In this document: positions 47,707 to 54,398 of the stretch, piece after piece | How positions within the stretch are numbered: position 1 is the first letter of the stretch | How the letters are laid out: each line of letters begins with the position of its first letter | Origin: a virus | Length of the DNA: 64,000 nucleotides | Direction: 5' to 3' (one strand) | IMG/VR virus record: IMGVR_UViG_3300045988_115450 | Coordinates: 1-64,000 of that record | The notes under the pieces: generated by a model | Seen by the model: only the letters and a program-made list of their open reading frames with translations | What the model was told of the DNA's origin: nothing | The model's database searches: none | Program-made: the position numbers and the translations under genes

Positions 47707-47786
47707 ATATCTTCTCCTTTCTTTATGAACTCTTGGCAGGCCATCCGACGTAACCGAATGCCCTCCCAGCAACTCACTGTGTTATG

Positions 47787-47815
47787 TACGAGGCCGGACA
47801 ATGTCCGGCCTCGTA
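47787..47815. other. 29-nt perfect palindrome (14-bp GC-rich arms) without a U-tract
   Basis: TACGAGGCCGGACA-A-TGTCCGGCCTCGTA, between the Ubl-like gene and the 471-aa gene. Confidence 0.55.
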
Positions 47816-47832
47816 GATTGTGCTAACTCAAA

Positions 47833-48072
47833 TCAGATCGCGTTACCTTGCGCCTTAACAATAGCACTCAGAGTACAAATACCAGCGGCACCAAGTTCGG
47901 CAAAAGTGCAATCCATATCATCAGGCGTCAGAATCGTGCCGGAAAGAGAATTGACGCTACGGCTGCACTCAATTCCGATCTTCTCGAACAGAGAACGAGG
48001 GGTCTCTACATGTTCATCTACGGCCTGGCTATCAAAACGGCGGGTGGTACTTCTAACATTCACAATAATCAT
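47833..48072 (-). CDS. Small beta-grasp/ubiquitin-like (ThiS/MoaD-like) candidate, C-terminus ...VKAQG-NAI
   Basis: 79 aa. MIIVNVR..., a mid helix, then GTILTPDDMDCTFAELGAAGICTLSAIVKAQGNAI. This is a ThiS/MoaD-like layout with a Gly 3 residues from the end. Confidence 0.45.
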   Translation of the reverse strand: MIIVNVRSTTRRFDSQAVDEHVETPRSLFEKIGIECSRSVNSLSGTILTPDDMDCTFAELGAAGICTLSAIVKAQGNAI

Positions 48073-48113
48073 AATATACTTCCTTTCTGTTATTACATCT
48101 ATGCTTATTTGTT

Positions 48114-48503
48114 TTAGCCAGCTACTACGATCTTGGAACTGACCCGTGCCATCATAACGTCGATCTCTTCCAGCGCTTCGCGCACCTGGGCTTCAATCTT
48201 TTCTACCTTCTCGATAACAGAAGCATATCTCTCGGCAACAACCTCACGTACGGAACGGTCAGCTTCGGTAATAAGACTCACAGTTACGACCGCACGACCA
48301 GAGCCATCACAAGACTCAGCCTCATAGATAATACCGGTCGGTGCTACTACGCCTCTCTCGCCAGCGAGAGTGTAAAACAGTGCGTTGCCATCTTCGTCCA
48401 GCAGTTGCACAGACTTAGGCCGGTACAGAGCTGCGCGATTGATTTCTTCAAGAGTGAAAGCACTCTTGAGTGTTACTGCGTTACCACACACAATAATTTC
48501 CAT
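48114..48503 (-). CDS. 129-aa protein ending ...KIVVAG; first gene downstream of RNA copy B
   Basis: ORF preceded by RBS AAAGGAGAAG. C-terminal Gly. Confidence 0.5.
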   Translation of the reverse strand: MEIIVCGNAVTLKSAFTLEEINRAALYRPKSVQLLDEDGNALFYTLAGERGVVAPTGIIYEAESCDGSGRAVVTVSLITEADRSVREVVAERYASVIEKVEKIEAQVREALEEIDVMMARVSSKIVVAG

Positions 48504-48536
48504 ATTCTTCTCCTTTTCATATGTCTAATTATGTAT

Positions 48537-48883
48537 TATAAAGTGATTCTATATATGGAATGATAGACCTAACCCGTGCGTTAGTACGCTGACGGGCTTG
48601 GTTATCTGAGGTACTGTGTGATCGACGTCGCTCCAACTCCGCATCGCTTTGGCGTTTGATGCCTTACGCTGTAACGGTGGTAGGCAAGTTGTGCGGCTTT
48701 CTTTATATGCTTCGCTTAGTAATCTTAGCCTTCTTGTCGCATCCATGACGCCGAGAGGTTTCTGGTCGAGAGCCATCGAGGTTGGTGCAACCTTTGCGAT
48801 GCTTCCCACACCTTCGGACGATATGTTACTCTCCCATTCTGGCAAGAGCCTCTGTGAATTTCAGAGTTTGCAATCACTTTATA
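48537..48883 (-). ncRNA. Structured RNA copy B (about 347 nt), a diverged paralog of copy A
   Basis: 12-bp closing helix (48537-48548 / 48872-48883) at the equivalent position but with a different sequence. It is followed by G and then two hairpins. Shared blocks are CCATATATAG, CGTCCGAA, CTCTTRCCRGAAYGGRAGAG and AAACGCCAA. Confidence 0.65.
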
Positions 48884-48944
48884 AATACATTTCTAATACG
48901 GTTAAAAAAATCAGATAAAAGAATTATTTGGACTAAATGCTCAC

Positions 48945-49799
48945 TTAGTTTTCCTGCTGTCCACTCCAAACAACCAGACAATCAGGATTGGGGACACCTC
49001 TGGTTTCCTTACCATCTAGCCATCTAGCCAGTACATAAGAGGTCGTCAAGAACACACGGTGGCGGTAATGCTTGCACCGGCCATCAATAGCAGAATCCTT
49101 AATCCAATCTCTCAAGCGGACAATCTGCCTATCCAAACTAGACTCAGCATAACCAGTCTGAAGAACATTCCAGAAATATTCGAGCCTAACATCGCTCGCC
49201 CCGGCTTCTTTCGCCAGATACATGGCAGCTGTGATCGGAGCCGTGCCAAGCTTTCTCTGTCTCACCTTCAAGAAACTATTAACCCAGGAGAATTCAGCGA
49301 TGTGCTTCGAAATCATGTCCGCTCTCTTAGCTTCATTCTCCAAGTGCCTCGCACTAAATTCATTCAGCACCATGCAGATTGCAACCGAGCGCTTGTAAGA
49401 AGAAATCTTTCCTCTGTTTCCGCCCTCGGCCATACACAAAGCGTCGGCTTCACTTCTCGCCCTACCCCGGTCAATGTACGGACTGCGTTCCATATTGAAC
49501 AGGAAGAACATCTTTACTGTCTTACCGCAGCGCTTCACCGCTTCGAGCCGGTGATGCCCGTCAATAAGAACACCAGCCTTATCAAACATAATAAAGCCGG
49601 TCGGAGTATTTTCATCCCATGTGCCATTCATCATATGGGACTTGTACTTATTCACAGTGCTCTTACTGATCGGACGATTGCCGCCGGACATAGCCAACAA
49701 ACCCGTCGCCATTTCCGGAGACACGTAAGCATACGCCAACTGTCCACCGTTCCGTTCTTCTAGCAACAAGTTGCTCAACAATTCTTCATAAGCTGTCAT
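48945..49799 (-). CDS. ParB/sulfiredoxin-like nuclease-domain protein
   Basis: Start reassigned to MTAYEEL, preceded by RBS GGAGG; the listed N-terminal extension would overlap a tRNA. Motif LIDGHHRL. Confidence 0.6.
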   Translation of the reverse strand: MTAYEELLSNLLLEERNGGQLAYAYVSPEMATGLLAMSGGNRPISKSTVNKYKSHMMNGTWDENTPTGFIMFDKAGVLIDGHHRLEAVKRCGKTVKMFFLFNMERSPYIDRGRARSEADALCMAEGGNRGKISSYKRSVAICMVLNEFSARHLENEAKRADMISKHIAEFSWVNSFLKVRQRKLGTAPITAAMYLAKEAGASDVRLEYFWNVLQTGYAESSLDRQIVRLRDWIKDSAIDGRCKHYRHRVFLTTSYVLARWLDGKETRGVPNPDCLVVWSGQQEN

Positions 49800-49825
49800 T
49801 TGTATGTACCTCCTAAAAATTTTGC

Positions 49826-49902
49826 TGGTGGTTCCTGCCCGGCTCGAACGGGCGACCATCCAGTTATGAGCTGGACGCGCTAACCAACTGCGCTAAGGAA
49901 CC
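49826..49902 (-). tRNA. tRNA-Met/Ile2 (anticodon CAT), CCA encoded
   Basis: Hand-folded cloverleaf: GGTTCCT/AGGAACC acceptor, TCCAG-CTCATAA-CTGGA, GCCCG-TTCGAGC-CGGGC. Confidence 0.85.
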
Positions 49903-49978
49903 AGGTACGTTTAAAGCCGCTGAATTTATCAGCGGCTTTAAACTGTTAATGAAAGCAAGTGTCCGTATAAAACGAACG

Positions 49979-50053
49979 TGGCAGCGCCGGACTGAGATCG
50001 AACAGTCTTCCACGGAGTCAAAGTCCGTTGCATTACCGTTATGCTACGGCGCT
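49979..50053 (-). tRNA. tRNA-Gln (TTG), CCA encoded
   Basis: AGCGCCG/CGGCGCT acceptor and ACGGA-CTTTGAC-TCCGT anticodon arm. Confidence 0.8.
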
Positions 50054-50164
50054 ATATAAATCAAGCAGAGCAGAGCAGAGTTTAAAGCCATTCCAGGCTA
50101 TGTAAAGAAAGGAGGTGGTTTATCAACAATAACAGGTAGGAGAATCATTTTCTGTTGCTTGATA

Positions 50165-50239
50165 TGGGGTAGGCGACGAGTGCCGATCTCGCGTTTCCGG
50201 TTTGGAAGACCGGTGTTCTAGCCGTTGAACTACGCCTAC
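50165..50239 (-). tRNA. tRNA-Gly (TCC), CCA encoded, atypical T-loop
   Basis: GTAGGCG/CGCCTAC acceptor and CCGGT-CTTCCAA-ACCGG. The T-loop reads ATCGGCA instead of TTCRANY. Confidence 0.7.
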
Positions 50240-50269
50240 ATTTTTGCGGTTCCGCAAACCGCATTTTTT

Positions 50270-50899
50270 TTAATTCATATATAAATCATAATAACTTTGT
50301 TTTCTTCTTGGTTTCAAATCTGGATTTTTTAAACGCCTTTTGATGAACTCAACTGTATTATCCAGCCCATAGTTCCTGACGTATGTATTGATCCTGTTTG
50401 CTCCCAAACCTAAAGTTTTAGCCCAGTCCTTCCCAGTATGTATCGTTCCGTCAACATCAATAAGCGAAGTTGTAGACTTGTATTTCGAATTATCTGCCAA
50501 TGTTACCCATCTGCAATTATCAGGAGAATAATCCCCGTCCCAATCAATTCTATCAATAGTCAAACCATCATCGTACCCGTTAGTTAATGACCAACTCTCA
50601 AATAATTCTGGATTGCGCATCCAATCATCACAAACCTTAACACCCTTAGCGCCATACCATCTGTAGCTCTTATTACTCTTATCATAGCACCTAGCTTTCA
50701 TATCGCTAAAAATTCTCCGGAGCTTGTCGTCACTCCATGAAGCATCATAATTTATATAACCCCCGCTTCTTCCGATATGTCTACAAGCTTTCGCCTGCTC
50801 AATATGCCTTTTCTGTTTGTTCGTTTCAAACCCACACTCAGCACATCTCACATGGTATAATCTATGCCCGTCCCTATGCCTGAAATCACACTCATACAA
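50270..50899 (-). CDS. Free-standing HNH homing endonuclease inside the tRNA cluster
   Basis: DRIDWDGDYSPDNCRWVT..DN and a C-terminal HTH-like tail. Same family as the two intron HNH genes. Confidence 0.8.
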   Translation of the reverse strand: MYECDFRHRDGHRLYHVRCAECGFETNKQKRHIEQAKACRHIGRSGGYINYDASWSDDKLRRIFSDMKARCYDKSNKSYRWYGAKGVKVCDDWMRNPELFESWSLTNGYDDGLTIDRIDWDGDYSPDNCRWVTLADNSKYKSTTSLIDVDGTIHTGKDWAKTLGLGANRINTYVRNYGLDNTVEFIKRRLKNPDLKPRRKQSYYDLYMN

Positions 50900-51047
50900 G
50901 ACATCGAAAATACCTATCCTAGTACCAACAATATTCTCTTTTTCCAGAATATCACCATCTTTCTGCGTGTTGCTAAATAATAATCCGATGAGAGTGCTGC
51001 CCTCTCGCCTGCGTTGTTCACTGTACTACTGTTATACTAATCGGATG

Positions 51048-51128
51048 TACGGGCGACAAGATTTGAACTTGCAAGCCTTACGGCACCGGGGCCTAAACCC
51101 GGCGTGTATACCGTTCCACCACGCCCGC
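51048..51128 (-). tRNA. tRNA-Leu (TAG), long variable arm
   Basis: GCGGGCG/CGCCCGT acceptor and CCGGG-TTTAGGC-CCCGG. Confidence 0.75.
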
Positions 51129-51210
51129 ATGGCACCACTAAGTCATGGTCGGCTGCGCATTTATCCTTTTTTGAATCGTGGTAGATGATTTTGCTTCGTA
51201 CAACCACGCA

Positions 51211-51285
51211 TGGACTGAGTGGAGAATTTTGAAATCTCGACCTCTGGTTCCCAAAACCAGCGTTCTGCCTCTGAACTACACCCAG
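51211..51285 (-). tRNA. tRNA-Pro (TGG), CCA encoded
   Basis: CTGGGTG/CACTCAG acceptor and CTGGT-TTTGGGA-ACCAG. Confidence 0.75.
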
Positions 51286-51288
51286 ATA

Positions 51289-51363
51289 TGGAGGCCGATG
51301 CGAGTTCGAACTCAGCGTCTGTGGGTTACAAAGCCACTGTTTTACCACTTAAACTAATCGGCC
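51289..51363 (-). tRNA. tRNA-Thr (TGT), CCA encoded
   Basis: GGCCGAT/ATCGGCC acceptor. Anticodon loop TTTGTAA, with a C:C at the loop-closing pair. Confidence 0.7.
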
Positions 51364-51513
51364 ACGCACCCCGTTTTGCGGGGTGGCTATGTAAGGGAAT
51401 CAAAAAGGGGAACTCCTGTCTCTTCCAGGATGCCAACACACTACTACGGACTGCCAGAGGCAAACCGCCACTTTTCAGGTGTCATAGTCCGCAAACTATG
51501 GGCTTTTCTTTAG

Positions 51514-51595
51514 TGCGGGATAAGAGACTTGAACTCTTACGTCTATCGACATCGAGACTTAAACACGAGGTGTCTACCGATTCCACCAATCCCGC
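51514..51595 (-). tRNA. tRNA-Leu (TAA), long variable arm
   Basis: GCGGGAT/ATCCCGC acceptor and anticodon loop TTTAAGT. Confidence 0.75.
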
Positions 51596-51948
51596 ATATT
51601 GAACTTGCTACAACCCAGCCTGGTGGTTGACCCGTGGGCGTTGATAACTGACCCAAACCATTAACCCAGGATTTTGTAAAACTTTAACCGTTAACCTTTG
51701 ATTCTTGAACTTTAATCTTCTGAAGATCTTTGAGCCTTGAATTTTGAAATTTTAACTTTGAAGTTTGAGCTTTACAGCAACATTTCTTCTATAAGAAATT
51801 AGATTAACAGTCCAATCTTTTTGTAAGCGCAAAATTTCAAGTTTTGCTTTGTAGTTGGCACATATTTGTTCATTTTTACATCGAACCAAGTGCCGTCAGC
51901 ACGATGGGTTACCGTTTTAGGTTTTCGGGTTGCAGCAAGTTGCTTATT

Positions 51949-52602
51949 TTAGTATTCTACGGTGATTGTAGTGGTCGCATTGGACACAGATAGCTGAGAA
52001 TCTACATCCGCAGTAAACGTGTCAATCCAATCGCTCAAAACCTTGATTTCATTACCAATGTCAAGCGGATCAACGAGTTCATACGTATTGTTGGCAATAT
52101 ACTCTTCTCTCAACCGCTTAACGACCTCAGAATCCTTGGTTGTCTTGGCCTCTTTAGGCTGGCACTGGAGGAAATTCATGATATACTGTTCAGCTTTCGC
52201 TTCAATCCACTCGCCTTCATGTTTGGAAACCTCAGCACGGGCTCTTTCGTACTGCCGGACCATTACATCAAGCAAATCTTTCTTAGCCATGATTCCATGG
52301 CTTTTCATTTCGATGGCTTCGGCTACGGTGTAAGGTTCGCCGCCAATTACCACCGGGGTTTTGGCATTGGAGAGCACAACTGCTCTCTTAATAGCCGTCC
52401 GACGAGCAATCAAGTCCGTAACAGACTGATAATCAGACTTCATATCCTTCTTGAGGGTTTCGACCAGCACACCGCCGATCTTTTTGTCGCTCACTTTCTT
52501 ACTGGCAACGAAGGTTTTACCAGAAGTAGCATTGAAAATTCTAGCGTCCAAAATTTTCAGCTCTGCAAGAGCTTTATGGACGGTCATAGTTTCTTTGTTC
52601 AT
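51949..52602 (-). CDS. Hypothetical 217-aa protein embedded in the tRNA region
   Basis: ORF preceded by RBS GAGGAAC. No motif recognised. Confidence 0.5.
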   Translation of the reverse strand: MNKETMTVHKALAELKILDARIFNATSGKTFVASKKVSDKKIGGVLVETLKKDMKSDYQSVTDLIARRTAIKRAVVLSNAKTPVVIGGEPYTVAEAIEMKSHGIMAKKDLLDVMVRQYERARAEVSKHEGEWIEAKAEQYIMNFLQCQPKEAKTTKDSEVVKRLREEYIANNTYELVDPLDIGNEIKVLSDWIDTFTADVDSQLSVSNATTTITVEY

Positions 52603-52653
52603 ATTAGTTCCTCACTTTCTTATTTATGGAATTAGATTTTTATCGTGGTATCG

Positions 52654-52744
52654 TGGTCTCCCTGGGTGAATTCGAATCACCATATACCTTATGAGGGCCT
52701 TCCAATTATAAGTTGGAAGCTATAACCAATTTAGCTACAGGGAG
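52654..52744 (-). tRNA. Type II-like tRNA (19-nt variable region) with anticodon TAT, CCA encoded
   Basis: CTCCCTG/CAGGGAG acceptor, GCTA/TAGC D stem, TCCAA-CTTATAA-TTGGA, variable AGGCCCTCATAAGGTATAT, GGTGA-TTCGAAT-TCACC, discriminator A. Confidence 0.7.
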
Positions 52745-52933
52745 ATATTTGTTCAGCAACCACAACCGCCCTATCAATCAGTCGGCCTAACCAAAAGATA
52801 GGGCTGGATTGTGTTGCCCAACCGTGCCTGAGAGCTTTCTTGCCTAGCCTGTACTTAACCAGGTGTCTGCAATCAATGTTTAGGTTGCTGGTTTTGACCC
52901 TCGCTCTAGAACCAGTTAACTAGAGCGATTGAG

Positions 52934-53019
52934 AGCTACTAGACGGAATTGCACCGCCTTGAAGTCATAAGTGAGGCGCGAGAGGAGTTACGCCCACCTC
53001 TTCACCTGCTTGGAGTAGC
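52934..53019 (-). other. tRNA-like element / degenerate tRNA (no canonical anticodon arm)
   Basis: Acceptor-like GCTACT/AGTAGC and T-arm-like GGCGG-TGCAATT-CCGTC. The central stem AGAGG/CCTCT carries an 11-nt loop. Confidence 0.3.
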
Positions 53020-53024
53020 ATATG

Positions 53025-53100
53025 TGGCACCAGCACTAAGATTCGAACTTAGAACTACGGTTTTGGAGACCGCCGTTTTTCCACTTAAAACTATGCTGGT
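53025..53100 (-). tRNA. tRNA-Trp (CCA), CCA encoded
   Basis: ACCAGCA/TGCTGGT acceptor and GCGGT-CTCCAAA-ACCGT. Confidence 0.8.
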
Positions 53101-53244
53101 AAGTAAAAGCACCGTCAGCACCCGGTGCTTTTGGAGATAGCACAGACAGTACATTTTTTTAACAAAGGAGGACATTTTTTTGAGAAAGGAAGTGAACAAA
53201 ACCATGCCTGGTTTGACCTATCAAAGTGCTGTTTGATGGTCTTG

Positions 53245-53336
53245 TGGCGAGGAGCTGAGGTGTCGATCCCCATACGGTTACTAGCCGTACCAGCTGTTTT
53301 CAAGACAGCGCTGCGAGCCGTCGCAGGTAACTCCCC
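53245..53336 (-). tRNA. tRNA-Ser (TGA), long variable arm, atypical T-loop, CCA encoded
   Basis: GCTGT-CTTGAAA-ACAGC and variable stem TACGG/CCGTA. The T-loop is ATCGACA. Confidence 0.75.
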
Positions 53337-53388
53337 ATGCACCCCATGCAATTTAATCTTGTGTTTTTTAACCGCTCACCGTGGTTAT

Positions 53389-53417
53389 ATTATATAAGAT
53401 TATTTTTCAAACGTCAA
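53389..53417 (-). promoter_or_regulatory. Sigma-70 consensus promoter TTGACG-17-TATAAT driving the tRNA cluster
   Basis: Minus strand reads TTGACGTTTGAAAAATAATCTTATATAAT. Confidence 0.75.
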
Positions 53418-53425
53418 CCCTTTTC

Positions 53426-53452
53426 CGCGAAACTCGTCTGACGAGTTTCGCG
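53426..53452. promoter_or_regulatory. Second identical copy of the 27-nt palindrome CGCGAAACTCGTCTGACGAGTTTCGCG
   Basis: Exact repeat of 24963-24989, in the same position relative to the -35. Confidence 0.65.
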
Positions 53453-53532
53453 GTTTAAATTTTTACCCTGGGCAGCTTGCGACTACCCAGGGCAAAGAAA
53501 CAACCGCAGCGGAAAAAGGCAAGGCTGCGGTG

Positions 53533-53694
53533 TCATTCTTCGTCTTCGATATGTAATCTGTAACCACTCTTCCATAGGGCGATCAAAGAAATTGCAAGCG
53601 CCGTGTCAGCCAGGGATGCCAAACCCATAAGTTGCAACGGGATAGCCGCTACCATAAAGGGTAGGGATAGCAAAGCGCACATTTCACGTTTCAT
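53533..53694 (-). CDS. 53-aa membrane peptide (below the ORF-track cutoff)
   Basis: ATGA overlap with the upstream gene. Hydrophobic sequence MKREMCALLSLPFMVAAIPLQLMGLASLADTALAISLIALW... Confidence 0.35.
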   Translation of the reverse strand: MKREMCALLSLPFMVAAIPLQLMGLASLADTALAISLIALWKSGYRLHIEDEE

Positions 53695-53957
53695 TTGATC
53701 AGCATCTCCCTCAGATAGTTGCGGATACGAACCCTAACCTCCTTCAGTTTCCCAAGGATATGAACCTGGTCTTCCAGCATATTTTTTACCTTCTTCCGAT
53801 CATCAAGAGCGGCCTGGGTGTCACACAGCGTGTTGCGGGACTCGAGTTCTTCGGCGCGTTTCTTTCTAAACTGAATATCGTATTCTAGTTCGTTAAGCTG
53901 TTTGACTAAGGTCTTCTCGTCATTCAGCAAATCCAACAAAGCAAATTCCATTTTCAT
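53691..53957 (-). CDS. Hypothetical coiled-coil protein
   Basis: 88-aa ORF. Confidence 0.4.
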   Translation of the reverse strand: MKMEFALLDLLNDEKTLVKQLNELEYDIQFRKKRAEELESRNTLCDTQAALDDRKKVKNMLEDQVHILGKLKEVRVRIRNYLREMLIK

Positions 53958-53969
53958 TTTTATTCCTCC

Positions 53970-54302
53970 TTAATCTACGGCATTGACTTCCCCTGTTTTC
54001 ATCATTGAGACAATACCGTTCAGCTCGTTACATACGAACCGGTAGCAGGTTCTTAATACAGCATCTAGTTTCTTCTTGCTTGCCTTGATATTAACCAGCT
54101 TCATGTAATCAGCCCATGGAGAGAAGTCTGGTTCAAAAAGGCAGCATCCAGTTTTCTCTTCGCAAAATTCAAACACCCGCTTTACCTCGAAGCATTTAGA
54201 TGTGTGTTCGATTCCTTTATTGACAGACCACTTCGTGGATTTTACTAAGTCTGCGCATTCGGCTAATGCGCTGTAACTATAGGTTGCTACTTCAAATTCC
54301 AT
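53970..54302 (-). CDS. Hypothetical protein
   Basis: Start reassigned to MEFEVAT. Confidence 0.4.
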   Translation of the reverse strand: MEFEVATYSYSALAECADLVKSTKWSVNKGIEHTSKCFEVKRVFEFCEEKTGCCLFEPDFSPWADYMKLVNIKASKKKLDAVLRTCYRFVCNELNGIVSMMKTGEVNAVD

Positions 54303-54398
54303 CTTATTATTACCTCGCTTGTGCAACCACTGCAAACACACATACCCAGAAAGGCACCGCTATAGCGGTTACAATATACATGAGGTTTCCTCTCACTT

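Noticed and set aside
50066-50086. The (GCAGA)3-like microsatellite AGCAGAGCAGAGCAGAG between tRNA-Gln and tRNA-Gly.
   Set aside because: It is too short and simple to assign a function and is probably a chance low-complexity tract.
53115-53397. ORFs of 78-90 aa on both strands at 53115-53397. Also ORF 51037-51348 and the N-terminal extension of ORF 48945-49859.
   Set aside because: They overlap hand-folded tRNA genes (Ser, Leu, Pro, Thr, Met) and are read-through artefacts of the ORF caller.
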